Shown in pieces: positions 45,587-55,202 of a stretch of 64,000 bases of DNA. Both the position numbers and the translations under genes were made by a program. Positions within the stretch are counted from its first letter, which is position 1; every line of letters begins with the position of its first letter. The stretch comes from an uncultured Actinomycetota bacterium (GTDB lineage Bacteria; Actinomycetota; Actinomycetes; Propionibacteriales; Nocardioidaceae), in contig CAVWSY010000002.1 of the NCBI GenBank assembly GCA_963757665.1, positions 476,797 through 540,796 on the forward strand. Direction: 5' to 3'. The notes beneath the pieces are model-generated. The model had not been told where the DNA came from. It made no database searches and saw only the letters and a list, made by a program, of their open reading frames with translations.

Positions 45587-48502
45587 GTGCCCAGCATGCC
45601 GACGTGGCCCCTCCCGCCGTTGCCCTCGCGCGTCGCGTCCGCCCGCGACGTCCCCCTCGTCGGCAGACGCCGAGAGCTCACCACGATGGAGGAGGTCTGG
45701 GCCGAAGTCGAATGCGGCCGCCCGCAGCTGGTGTTCGTCGGCGGCGAGCCGGGTGCCGGCAAGAGCCGCCTGGTGGCCGAGGTCGCGGGCGCGCTGCACG
45801 ACGAAGGCACTGCGGTTCTGGTCGGGACGTCGGCCCGGGAGACTGGGGTGCCCTACCAACCATTCGCCGAGCTGCTCGACCAGCTCTTCGAGAGCTGTCC
45901 GGCCGGGAGCCTGGATGCGCTGCTCGACCGGCACAGCGACCAGCTGCGACGGTTGTCGACCAAGGTAGTTCGGCACCTGCCCGGCCCCGAGGAGCTTGCC
46001 GCAGGCAGCGGGGAGCAACGTCGCGACCTGTTCGAGGCCGTGTCCGGGTTGCTGGCGCGGCTGGCGGATCAACGGCCCCTCGCCCTCGTGCTCGAGGACC
46101 TCCACTGGGCGCAGTTGCCCACTCTGGCCCTGCTCGAGCATGTGGTCCGGGCCTCGGCCGATGCTCGCATGGTGGTCCTGGTGACGCTGCGCACGACCCT
46201 GCCGGACCGTTCGGACGAGCTCGCCATGCGCGTGGCGGAGCTGCATCGTCTCGAGGGGGTTCGGCGGCTCGACCTGGGCGGGCTGGACACCTCGGCGGTG
46301 ATCGAATACCTCGTGCTGCACGGCGGCCTCAGCGAGCGCGAGGCGAGGGCACCTGCGGTGCTGCTACGCGATCGTACGGGTGGTAACCCGTTCTTCCTGC
46401 GCGAGCTCTGGGCCGACCTGCAGCACCGCGGTGGGGTCTCGGCGCTGCGCTCGTCGCAGCGCGTTCCCGTGTCGATCAGCGACAGCCTGGAAGAACGGAT
46501 CGCGCGCCTGGAGCATCGTCTGCGCCCCGTCCTCGAGCTGGCGGCTGTTCTCGGCGACGAGTTCGATCTCGCGATGCTCGTCGCAGCGAGCGAGACCGAT
46601 CGCACCACGACGATGGAATTCGTCGACGCGGCGGTGGCGCTCGGGCTCGTCGAGTCCGTCGAGTCGCCGGGTGCCCATTACTGCTTCGTGCACGCACTCG
46701 CACGACAGGCGGTGCTGGACCGCACGCAACCCTCTCGGCTGGCCCTTCTGAACGCCAGGGCCGGCGAGGCGCTCGAGCGGTTGCCCCGGCAGAACGCACT
46801 GGTACCCCGGTTGGCCCATCACTTCCTCGCAGCGCAGTTCCTCGGCTTCCACGACCAGGCGCTGCGACACACGCGCGAGGCGGGTCGGCTAGCGGAGCGG
46901 AGCCTGGCGTTCGAGGAGGCTGCAGGCTGGTTCGAGCGCGCTGCCTCGCTGCCCGAATGCGACCCGGAGGACCGGTCGCAACTGCTCCTCGCTGCCGCGA
47001 TAGACCACGTTCGCGCCGGCAGCTTCCCGCGCGCCCGAGCGATCTACGAGGAGCTGGCCACCACGGGTGGGCCCGAGGTGCGGCTGGCCGCGGCGTTGGG
47101 GTTCGAGGACGCCACGTGGCGACCCGGCGTCAACGGGACCCGGGCGGCCGATCTGCTCTCGGCTGTGGTGAGGGCAGACACCCTTGACCCGAACGACGCG
47201 CGGCATGTGCGGGCACTCGGGAGCCTGGGACGGGCCTTGGCGCTCGCCGGGGAGATGTCGGAGGCCGGTCGGGTCGGGACTCGGGCCATCGATCTGGCCC
47301 GGCAGCTCGGGGACGACGAGACGATGGCTCACGTGCTGACCGCCAGCCTGTGGCACGGCATCGCACCGAACCTGGCCGAGCAGCAGCTGGAACGCAGCGC
47401 CGAGATCTCGCACCTGTCGCGTGCCGCGCAGGACTACGAGACCTTAGGGGCCGCGCTCAACTTCCGCGCCACGGCGAGCTATGTGCTCGGGCGGCCGGAC
47501 GACTTGCGCGGGGCCATCGAGGACGCCCGGAGCGCCGTCGAGCACACGGGTCTGCCGTACTACCGGTTCATCTTCTGCGGGCACTCTCATGCTGTCGCCT
47601 TTCTGCGCGGCGACTTCGCGGGCGCGGAACGCTGGGCCCAAGAGACCCTGAAGTACACCGAGACGTTCGGCGACGAGGTCGCCGATGGGCCTCACTCGGT
47701 GCAGATGTTCATGGTGCGCCGCGAGACAGGCGCGCTGGACAGGTTCGGCGCATTCCTCGACGGCACCGAGGCGTTCGACGCACGCTGGGTTCCCGGCCTG
47801 CTCGCGCTGTACACGGAGGTCAGGCAGGAGACGGGTATGCGTCGTGCGCTCCGCCATCTGCTCGACCGCGAGCTCATCGGCCGCAGCGACGAGGCGCAGT
47901 GGCCGATGGAGCTGGTCTTCCTCACCGAGGCTGCGCTCGCCCTGCGTGACGTCGAGGCGGCTCGACTCCTGCAGCCGCTGCTCATGGGCTACCAGGGGAT
48001 GAACCTCGTCTCGGGCACGATGGTTGCGACCTTTGGAAGCGCCGACCGGTACCTCGGCCGCGTCGCGGCGTTGTTGGGCGATCTCCCCGCGGCCGAGCGA
48101 CATCTCGATGTGGCCCTGGAGATGGACCAGCGGATGCACTCGGCGGTGCACACCGCTGAGACTCTGGGACAGCTGGCCCTGCTCGCCTCCGCGACCGGGC
48201 GGCGCGAGCGCGCTGAGGCATTGGCCAGGGAGGCACTGGACCTGGCGGAGGCGAACGGTCAGCGTCGCGTGGCCCGGGTGCTCGCGGCACTGGTGCCCGG
48301 GGACCGGCCGGGCGGGCTCACCGAGCGCGAGGTCGACGTGCTCGGCCTGCTGGCTGCCGGGCTGAGCAACCAGCAGATCGGCACTCGGCTGCACATCAGC
48401 GCCAACACCGCGGCCAACCACGTGCGCAGCATCCTCATCAAGACCGGGGCCGCGAACCGCACGCAGGCGGCCATCTACGCCGCCCAGCACGGACTCGTCT
48501 GA
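45587..48502 (+). CDS. LAL-type regulator (AAA ATPase + TPR-like repeats + LuxR HTH), second copy in the window
   Basis: Walker A GGEPGAGKSRLV, Walker B LALVLEDLHWA, and C-terminal HTH LTEREVDVLGLLAAGLSNQQIGTRLHISANTAANHVRSIL. Confidence 0.9.
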   Translation: MPSMPTWPLPPLPSRVASARDVPLVGRRRELTTMEEVWAEVECGRPQLVFVGGEPGAGKSRLVAEVAGALHDEGTAVLVGTSARETGVPYQPFAELLDQLFESCPAGSLDALLDRHSDQLRRLSTKVVRHLPGPEELAAGSGEQRRDLFEAVSGLLARLADQRPLALVLEDLHWAQLPTLALLEHVVRASADARMVVLVTLRTTLPDRSDELAMRVAELHRLEGVRRLDLGGLDTSAVIEYLVLHGGLSEREARAPAVLLRDRTGGNPFFLRELWADLQHRGGVSALRSSQRVPVSISDSLEERIARLEHRLRPVLELAAVLGDEFDLAMLVAASETDRTTTMEFVDAAVALGLVESVESPGAHYCFVHALARQAVLDRTQPSRLALLNARAGEALERLPRQNALVPRLAHHFLAAQFLGFHDQALRHTREAGRLAERSLAFEEAAGWFERAASLPECDPEDRSQLLLAAAIDHVRAGSFPRARAIYEELATTGGPEVRLAAALGFEDATWRPGVNGTRAADLLSAVVRADTLDPNDARHVRALGSLGRALALAGEMSEAGRVGTRAIDLARQLGDDETMAHVLTASLWHGIAPNLAEQQLERSAEISHLSRAAQDYETLGAALNFRATASYVLGRPDDLRGAIEDARSAVEHTGLPYYRFIFCGHSHAVAFLRGDFAGAERWAQETLKYTETFGDEVADGPHSVQMFMVRRETGALDRFGAFLDGTEAFDARWVPGLLALYTEVRQETGMRRALRHLLDRELIGRSDEAQWPMELVFLTEAALALRDVEAARLLQPLLMGYQGMNLVSGTMVATFGSADRYLGRVAALLGDLPAAERHLDVALEMDQRMHSAVHTAETLGQLALLASATGRRERAEALAREALDLAEANGQRRVARVLAALVPGDRPGGLTEREVDVLGLLAAGLSNQQIGTRLHISANTAANHVRSILIKTGAANRTQAAIYAAQHGLV

Positions 48503-48547
48503 GCCGTCCGCCGTCGCCGAAGCGGCCGCCGACCTGCGCGGCGACTG

Positions 48548-48559
48548 GTCAGATCTGAC
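48548..48559. promoter_or_regulatory. 12-bp perfect palindrome GTCAGATCTGAC between the LAL gene and the FAD oxidase gene
   Basis: Read directly. The half-site GTCAGATC recurs at 48584-48591, and GATCTGACT recurs at 45572-45580 just upstream of the LAL gene. Statistical support is weak: roughly 16 perfect 12-bp palindromes are expected by chance in 64 kb. Confidence 0.25.
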
Positions 48560-48662
48560 TACTGCGCTCCGCTGCCCAACAGAGTCAGATCCGGTCATGT
48601 CCCGGGCGTGGTCAGCGTTCTACGTTGCGGGGGAGGACCCAGAGCCACCCGAGGAGGAGCAC

Positions 48663-50042
48663 ATGACCAGTCTGGCCGAGAACGCGGTCGAGCTACGAGG
48701 ACGACTCAGCGGCGAGGTGATCGGCGCGGGTGACTCCGGCTACGACGAGGCGCGGGCGGTGTTCAACGGAATGATCGACCGACACCCTGACCTGGTCGCA
48801 CGGTGCACGAGCGTGAGCGACGTACAGCAGGTGCTCGCGTACGGCCGGGAAGCCGACGCTCCCGTCGTCGTGCGCGGAGGGGGGCACAGTGCGCCCGGGT
48901 TCGGCACCGCCGACGGCGGCATCGTCATCGACCTGTCACCGATGCAGTCGATCGAGGTGGACCCGGACCGACGCACGGCGCGGGTCCAGGGGGGTGCTGC
49001 CTGGGGCATGGTCGACACCGCAACCCACGCACACGGGCTGGCCACGCCGGCGGGCATCATCTCCACCACCGGGGTCGGCGGCCTTACCCTCGGCGGCGGC
49101 CACGGTTACCTGTCCCGCAAGTACGGACTGACGATCGACAACCTGATCGAGGCCGACGTCGTGCTGGCCGACGGCCGCGTGGTCACGGCGTCGGAGTCCG
49201 CACACCCCGACCTGTTCTGGGCGCTGCGCGGCGGTGGAGGTAACTTCGGAGTCGTCACGTCGTTCACTTATCGCCTGCACCCGGTGCGCAACGTGATCTG
49301 CGGTCCCACCGCCTGGCCGGTGTCCGAGACGAAGAACGTGTTGTCGTGGTACCGCGATTTCCTGCCCGCACAGGACGACGACCTCTACGGCTTCTTCGCG
49401 GTCATGACCGTGCCGCCGGCCGACAGCTTCCCGGAGGCCTTCCACATGCACAAGGCCTGTGCGGTCGTGTGGTGCTACCTCGGCGACCCGGCCGACGCCA
49501 TGGAAGCCCTGGCGCCGGTCCGTGCCATGAAGCCGGCCTTCGACGGGATCGGCGAGGCCCCCTACCCCGCCCTGCAGTCGTCCTTCGACCCGCTGTACCC
49601 GCCCGGCCTTCAGTCCTACTGGCGCGGTGACTTCTTCGGCACGATCCCCGACGCTGCCGTCGACGCGCATGCCCACTTCGCCGAGCAGATGCCGACCATG
49701 CTCTCGACCATGCACCTCTACCCCGTGGACGGAGCCGTGAACCGCGTGTCGGGTGACGCCACCGCGTGGGCCTACCGCGACGTCACCTACTCGCAGGTCG
49801 TCCTCGGGGCGGACCCAGACCCCGCGAACGCCGAAGCCATCAAGAAGTGGGCGATCGACTACTCCGATGCCACCCACCCCCACTCGGCCGGTGGCGGCTA
49901 CGTGAACTTCATGATGGACGAGGGCCAGGAGCGCGTACAGGCCACCTACCGCGACAACTACGCCCGACTCGCCCGGATCAAGGCGGAGTACGACCCAGCC
50001 AACGTGTTTCACGTCAACCAGAACATCCGTCCCGGGAGCTGA
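48663..50042 (+). CDS. FAD-binding oxidoreductase, BBE/VAO (PCMH) family
   Basis: GAGGAGGAG RBS. FAD_binding_4 pattern VVVRGGGHSAPGFG and GGGGNFGVVTSFTY. C-terminal BBE-like YVNF...NYARLARIKAEYDPANVFHVNQNI. Confidence 0.85.
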   Translation: MTSLAENAVELRGRLSGEVIGAGDSGYDEARAVFNGMIDRHPDLVARCTSVSDVQQVLAYGREADAPVVVRGGGHSAPGFGTADGGIVIDLSPMQSIEVDPDRRTARVQGGAAWGMVDTATHAHGLATPAGIISTTGVGGLTLGGGHGYLSRKYGLTIDNLIEADVVLADGRVVTASESAHPDLFWALRGGGGNFGVVTSFTYRLHPVRNVICGPTAWPVSETKNVLSWYRDFLPAQDDDLYGFFAVMTVPPADSFPEAFHMHKACAVVWCYLGDPADAMEALAPVRAMKPAFDGIGEAPYPALQSSFDPLYPPGLQSYWRGDFFGTIPDAAVDAHAHFAEQMPTMLSTMHLYPVDGAVNRVSGDATAWAYRDVTYSQVVLGADPDPANAEAIKKWAIDYSDATHPHSAGGGYVNFMMDEGQERVQATYRDNYARLARIKAEYDPANVFHVNQNIRPGS

Positions 50043-50052
50043 GAAGGCACTC

Positions 50053-50277
50053 ATGTCGCTGGAACTCGTCAGTTGCCCGGAGTGCGGGCTGGCAGCCGAG
50101 GTGACCCGCCGCGACTGGCTCGGGTCAACCGCCGGGCCGGTCGAACACGTCCACATCCGCTGCGTGCAACGCCACTGGTTCCTGATGCCCGCCGAAGACG
50201 TTACCGGCATATGCGCCGGATCCTCATCGGACAGCCGCCAGTTGCGGACACGCCCAGAGGCCCCGACGTCCAAGTAG
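50053..50277 (+). CDS. small zinc-ribbon-like hypothetical protein
   Basis: 74 aa, 10 nt after the oxidase stop. CPECG...C..HW arrangement (MSLELVSCPECGLAAEV...HIRCVQRHWFLMP). Confidence 0.5.
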   Translation: MSLELVSCPECGLAAEVTRRDWLGSTAGPVEHVHIRCVQRHWFLMPAEDVTGICAGSSSDSRQLRTRPEAPTSK

Positions 50278-50439
50278 CTCGACGAAACATTGACGACCAA
50301 GGTCCGAGAGGATCTCGCTGCCGGGGGAGCCATGCTCGATCAGGACCGGCGCAACCGCCGATCCTGCTCCTGCAGCATGGTGCACATGTCAAAGCCGTGT
50401 TCGCCGAGCGGACAGGGCTCAGGGCCGGCCACGTTCCCA

Positions 50440-50733
50440 AGGGATACGCCAAGGGGGTTTGCGCCACTGCTCGACAACCCGTAAGGACATCGTCGCGCGG
50501 GCGTTGCGGGGAGTGGAAACTGGAAACGACTCAACTAAAGCGACCAGTGCTCAGAGGTCCACGCACGCCGCAATGACGCCACGAATTGCGGTCAGAGCGC
50601 AGTCCGCTCCGATCGGACAATGCGAACGAGCAGATACCCCGATCATCCAGCGCTCACCGATCGTTGACGGAAAGGCCAGCCCGTCGATCACGGGGTTCGG
50701 CGAGTCAACGAGCCGTGGTCGACGATGCCGCTG
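50440..50733. repeat. repeat copy B, homologous to 40765-41057 (decayed LuxR-HTH-containing segment)
   Basis: Collinear match at a constant offset of about 9678 bp, including identical 29-mer (40806-40834 = 50484-50512) and 24-mer (40861-40884 = 50539-50562) runs. Both copies are riddled with stops. Confidence 0.8.
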
Positions 50734-51306
50734 TCTCACAAGCCTTCACGATCCGCGGCTTCGGCCAACCACTACGACTTCGCCTGCGCGCGTTGTCAGC
50801 GACGGCTGAAAGCTGACGCCGGCGCGTCGGGCGGGTTCCAGACCACGTCGACTGGATCTGGTGCCGATGATGCCGGCGATTCACTGAGTCGATCGGGCGG
50901 CAGGGCCAACGTCGATGGGCTCGCCTCGAGGTTCTACGAATCGTGGCCAGATCTGCGCCCTGAGTGGGCCGAGGTTGGCGAGGAGCTGGTCGAACTCCGC
51001 AGCGGGGATCTCGTCCCCACGGCCACAGTGCTGGTGCTGGCGGCCATGAAGGCGCTGCGCGGCGACTCGATCGCGCTCGAGGACCCGCTGCTGGGCGTCG
51101 AGGAAGGCATCGCCCGGATCGCCCGAGTCGCGGGACAGCTCAGGTCTCCGGTGGGCAGGTGTTCGGTGACCATGGCTTCGAAGCTAGGAACCGGGACCGC
51201 TAGACCCGGGTCGGGCTGGCGACCCCATGCGTTCCGACGTCGGGTGGGTGTTTGTCACCATCGCACGTCCGAAGTGGTGGGGTCCTGGTGGTCTCGGTCG
51301 AAGTGA
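50725..51306 (+). CDS. hypothetical protein (possibly a fragment)
   Basis: Strong GC3 bias in this frame between about 50890 and 51160 (...FYESWPDLRPEWAEVGEELVELRSGDLVPTATVLVLAAMKAL...). The ends are doubtful and no family was recognised. Confidence 0.3.
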   Translation: MPLSHKPSRSAASANHYDFACARCQRRLKADAGASGGFQTTSTGSGADDAGDSLSRSGGRANVDGLASRFYESWPDLRPEWAEVGEELVELRSGDLVPTATVLVLAAMKALRGDSIALEDPLLGVEEGIARIARVAGQLRSPVGRCSVTMASKLGTGTARPGSGWRPHAFRRRVGVCHHRTSEVVGSWWSRSK

Positions 51307-51369
51307 ACTGGAATCGGCCGCTCCGCCGTGGAACCGTCGGAGAAAAGGCGCGAGCATGGAAGGGTGCGC

Positions 51370-52260
51370 ATGCAGACGTTGACCGAGCTGCGCCGGCCGC
51401 TGACGGGGTTGGGGCTGGTGGGCGTCGCGTACGTGGTGGGGTTCGCCGTCGTCTATGAGCTCACGGTCCAGACGCTCCCAGGCCGCAGGTTCGGCGACCT
51501 GTCACTGCGTGGGGCGATCGTGACCGGTTCCATCGCCACGGGCACGGTCGACGCCGTGCTGGACGTGGTCTCGGTGGCGTTCCTGCTGGGCGCCATGGCA
51601 GTGGTCGCCACCGTCGCACTGGTACGACTGGCCCGGCTGCAGGGGCTCGCGGCGATCTGCATCATGGTGACGGCCAACGCCTCCAGCTGGCTGCTCAAGG
51701 AGGTCCTGTTGTCGCGACCCGACCTCGGGCTCGATGAGATCGCGCCTGCAACGCTGAACAGTCTGCCCAGCGGGCACAGCACGGCCGTGTTCTCGGCGGT
51801 GGTGGCGCTGGCGTTCGTGACACCTACACGAGCCCAGCCGTCGGTGGTGCTGGCCGGGGCCGGCGCGGCCACCGCCACCGGGCTGGCGACGATGCTCGCC
51901 GGCTGGCACCGCGCTGGCGACTCGGTGGCGGCCTTCCTGGTGGTCGGCTTCTGGACGACCGTTGCAGCGGCGGTGGTCATGGTGCTCCGCCGCCCGCGCA
52001 GGCTGGCTTCGTCGACCGTGACCCCGGCGGCCCTGAGATGGGCGGCGGCGTACGCGGTCGGCGCAGTGCTCCTGGCCGGCATCCTCGCCCTAGCCCTTGA
52101 CGCCGCGTCGTTGGTGTCGGACAGCACCGCGGGATCCTTGCTCGCCCTGCTCGCGGCCGTCCTGCTGGTCTCGGGCGCAGCCAGCGGGGCGGCCGCCGGG
52201 ATCCTCGGCTCGATGCTCCTGATGGACACCACCGTCCCCGAGCCGGGTGCCGCGCCGTGA
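51370..52260 (+). CDS. PAP2 superfamily phosphatase (membrane)
   Basis: PAP2 motifs KEVLLSRP, PSGHS and WHRAGD in a polytopic protein. ATG 51370. Confidence 0.85.
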   Translation: MQTLTELRRPLTGLGLVGVAYVVGFAVVYELTVQTLPGRRFGDLSLRGAIVTGSIATGTVDAVLDVVSVAFLLGAMAVVATVALVRLARLQGLAAICIMVTANASSWLLKEVLLSRPDLGLDEIAPATLNSLPSGHSTAVFSAVVALAFVTPTRAQPSVVLAGAGAATATGLATMLAGWHRAGDSVAAFLVVGFWTTVAAAVVMVLRRPRRLASSTVTPAALRWAAAYAVGAVLLAGILALALDAASLVSDSTAGSLLALLAAVLLVSGAASGAAAGILGSMLLMDTTVPEPGAAP

Positions 52261-52476
52261 TCTGAAACCTTGCACCCCACGACCGCCCGTCGCCCCGGAG
52301 GGCGGATCTGCTCGTCTGCCTCTCCCGGTTCGGAGACCTTGGCTTCGGGCTGGAATCGGCTCAGCCGGAAGGTCCCTTGTGCTGGCGGCGCGGCTGGCCG
52401 ATGTGGTCGGATTGCCGGCGGCACAAGTCCGGACGGCGTCCTACACCGCTGTGCTCCACCAGGTGGGTCGCGTGGG

Positions 52477-52880
52477 CTACGCGTAAAAATCCACACGGCT
52501 GCTGGGCGATGACCTTCGGGCGCACCTCGCCGCCGGTCGAACCGACGTGGCCGCCCCGTCCGATCCATGCAACACGAGGCGAGTGATCCGTTGGCGGTGT
52601 GCGTCGGCGTAGGACACGGCCACGAGAGCGCCTCCGGACATCCCCATCAGGGCGAAGCGGTCGAGACCGGCCGCGTCACCACGCGCTCCAGGTCGGCCAG
52701 CCGGACGCCGAGGGAGAAGTCATCGATGTTCCAGTCCAACAAACCGAAACCCCGCTCGTCGTAGCGCACCACCGACGCGAAGGAACCGAGGTCGGACAGG
52801 TAATGGCGGGGCCGAGCAGTCGGCTGGCGGTCTTGACCCGGTCGCCGACCAGCCGCTTTGCCCCGCGGGAGGAGTTGCAC
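52477..52880 (-). pseudogene. alpha/beta hydrolase fragment (frameshifted, 5'-truncated)
   Basis: ...VVRYDERGFGLLDWNIDDFSLGVRLADLERVV, then in another frame DAAGLDRFALMGMSGGALVAVSYA (GxSxG elbow). It abuts the IS1380 relic. Confidence 0.55.
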
Positions 52881-52902
52881 GCACCCGTGCGGAGCCGATG
52901 GG

Positions 52903-53678
52903 TCAGATCACCGGCACTCTGCTCGGGGTCGACATGGTGGCCAGCAGTGCCTTGATTCCGCGGACCGGGTGTAGGCGAACCCCGCGCCCTGCTTGGCGTA
53001 GTCGTGGACCTCGATCACGGTGTCCTCGACGTCGAGCAGCGCGTACTGCCTGCTGTCGACGCCCTTGACGTTGTCGACTGTGGTGAACAGGCCAGCCAGC
53101 TCGGCCAGCGCGAGGAGGAACCGCGACGCCACCGCGTCGGGCTGGCGGATGTGGCCGAAGGTGAAGCTGCGGAGGAACGACCTGAGTGTCGACGGCGCGT
53201 AGGCGCCAGTGAAGATCCAGCCCATCCGTCGTGCCGCAGCAGCGCCACGTCGTCGATCGAGTTCGCACCAGCGACCATCCCCGCGACCAGCGAGGCCACC
53301 TTCAGCCCCGCGTTCGCGCCCTTGTCGATCGGCACCGACAGATGCCCGTCGGCCAGGTCGCGTAGCCCCGCCTGCTCGGCCAGTGCCAGCGACGGAACCA
53401 GACCTGCAGACGACACCAGATTCGGGTCGTCGAGCGTCGCCGAGTTCGCGCAGAGCGTGTGAGCGAGTTTCACCTCAGAGGTGCCCTTCGTGCCGGTGCA
53501 TCAGGAGCCCTAGACCTAGACAAGCCCCAATCTCCCAGCCCGCAAGGGCATCCTCGCGTTACGGCACGCTCACACGCCCGCGGACCGCCCGATCATTGGT
53601 GGATCCGGGATTAGACAAAGCGTCCTGAAATGCCCTGACGCGAAGGCCCACCCTCCTGGGTGAATCTTTGCGTCAGGG
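52903..53678 (-). mobile_element. relic of a second, different IS1380-family element (5' part only, frameshifted)
   Basis: Transposase N-terminus VKLAHTLCANSATLDDPNLVSSAGLVPSLALAEQAGLRDLADGHL...AGANSIDDVALLRH, then a shifted frame GWIFTGAYAPSTLRSFLRSFTFGHIRQPDAVASRFL...EVHDYAKQGAGF. It is truncated near 52903. The outer end is guessed at the CCCCTGACGC... repeat near 53678. Confidence 0.65.
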
Positions 53679-53978
53679 GCTGTTCTTGATCGCTTCACCC
53701 CGGACGGGGCCGTACAGTGCAGATCTGGCCAAGGCGGCGCGGCTGGTCCGCAGCGGCTCCGTGCCGGCGGTACCGGCTCATCAAGGGCGCCCAGCGTCGG
53801 CGGACGGCGTTGAGAAATCACTGAAGGGTGCAGGTCGGACCGACGACAGACGATTGGTCGCCGCCGACCAGTTCCGAGCGGTTCCGGTTGTGGCGTTGCC
53901 CCAAGTGTTGCCCCGCGCGGGTGCGGATGAACTTCCCATCGACCTCTTCCCGGCCGCGCTCGTTCCTGCTTCGCGATC

Positions 53979-53995
53979 GTCACGCGGAGCGTGAC
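53979..53995 (-). terminator. hairpin GTCACGC-GGA-GCGTGAC about 40 nt downstream of the 54033-54416 gene
   Basis: Perfect 7-bp stem read directly, with no U-tract. A related copy lies at 63554-63577. Confidence 0.25.
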
Positions 53996-54032
53996 CAGTG
54001 CGGGATCCTCTATCGGGCTCTGAAGCGCACAG

Positions 54033-54416
54033 TCAGGAGCTGTCAGGAATGACTGTCTGTTGGTAGAGCGCGAGCCGCCACTCGTCGTTGCGCTGGATGT
54101 ACACGCTGGACATGAGACCTATGAACGCCGGCTCGTCTGATTCGCGGTACGCGGTGCCGCGGTACACCAGGGCGGCACTGCCCGGTCCGGTCTGGACGAG
54201 TCGATCGTCTCTGATGTCGTAGGTGCGCCAAGGAGGAGCCTCTCCAAGCGCGGCGACCACCGTGTCTCGATCCATGACCTCACCGCTGGCCAGCACCATG
54301 ACGGCGTCCTCGGTCATGACTTGTCCGTAGAACGCATCCCCTGTGCTGTCGCAGAGCGAGTCCCATCCCTTTCGCTCCAGAGCGAGCAGAGCGCCATGCA
54401 TCTCTTGATCCGCCAT
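54033..54416 (-). CDS. SnoaL-like / DUF4440 NTF2-fold protein
   Basis: 127 aa from ATG 54416. LLALERKGWDSL...FYGQVMTEDAVMV...YIQRNDEWRLALYQQT is a DUF4440-type pattern. Confidence 0.7.
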   Translation of the reverse strand: MADQEMHGALLALERKGWDSLCDSTGDAFYGQVMTEDAVMVLASGEVMDRDTVVAALGEAPPWRTYDIRDDRLVQTGPGSAALVYRGTAYRESDEPAFIGLMSSVYIQRNDEWRLALYQQTVIPDSS

Positions 54417-54641
54417 CCAGTCACAGTAGGCCCGATCGCTCCTTGCCGCTTCGCACGAGATGGCACGCTGAGCGTGCGCGACCATCCGGTCCGGTGCGCG
54501 TCCCAGATAACGATCGTTCACCGGCACGCTCCGGGTGACCATCGGCGATCGGCACCGCTGGAGCCGACAAGGGCTTCCGGAGGCCACACCTTCATCCAGG
54601 ACCTAGGGCTGACGATGTGCGCGCCAACCCGCTTTGGACCC

Positions 54642-55202
54642 CTAGACGGGTGCCGTTCCTGTTAGCCATTGGCTCGCGGTCGTGGCGTAGATGACCGCCT
54701 GGAACATCACGCCGTCGTCTTCCACCGCTGCCTCGTGGTCGAAGATCAGGCCGAGGCGACGCATCACCGCGAGACTGCGAACATTCGGCCGGTCGGTGAT
54801 CGAGATGACCCTCGGCACGCGCAGGGTGTCGAAGGCGTAGTCCAGCCAGGCGGTCGCCGCCTCGGTGGCGTAGCCCTGCCCCCAGTGCTCATGGCCCAGA
54901 CGCCAAGCGATCTCGAGGTCGTCGGGGTAAGCGCGCTGGTGGTGCAGGCCGCACATGCCGAGAAAGGCGTCGTCCTCACGGCGCGCGACGGCGAGCAGGC
55001 CGATGCGCTCGGACGCGAAGCACTGCTGGGCCCACTCGGCGATCTCATCGGAGTGCTCCCGGGTGAGTGCTTCCCCACCCAGGGTCTCCATCACGGCAAG
55101 GTCCGCGTTCAGCGCTGCGAACAGCGGTAGGTCCTCAAGGCGGTAGGTGCGCAGCAGCAGCCGCGGGGTAGTCAGAATTGTCGTTCCATCCCAGCTGGTC
55201 AT
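54642..55202 (-). CDS. GNAT family N-acetyltransferase
   Basis: 186 aa. TTPRLLLRTY...LEIAWRLGHEHWGQGYATEAATAWLDYAF is a RimJ/RimL-like GNAT pattern. ATGA overlap with the upstream stub. Confidence 0.85.
   Translation of the reverse strand: MTSWDGTTILTTPRLLLRTYRLEDLPLFAALNADLAVMETLGGEALTREHSDEIAEWAQQCFASERIGLLAVARREDDAFLGMCGLHHQRAYPDDLEIAWRLGHEHWGQGYATEAATAWLDYAFDTLRVPRVISITDRPNVRSLAVMRRLGLIFDHEAAVEDDGVMFQAVIYATTASQWLTGTAPV

Noticed and set aside
37195-53678. Reading the IS-bracketed segment as a composite transposon.
   Set aside because: The two IS1380-family elements have unrelated transposase N-termini and both are defective. No matching terminal repeats or target duplications were found.
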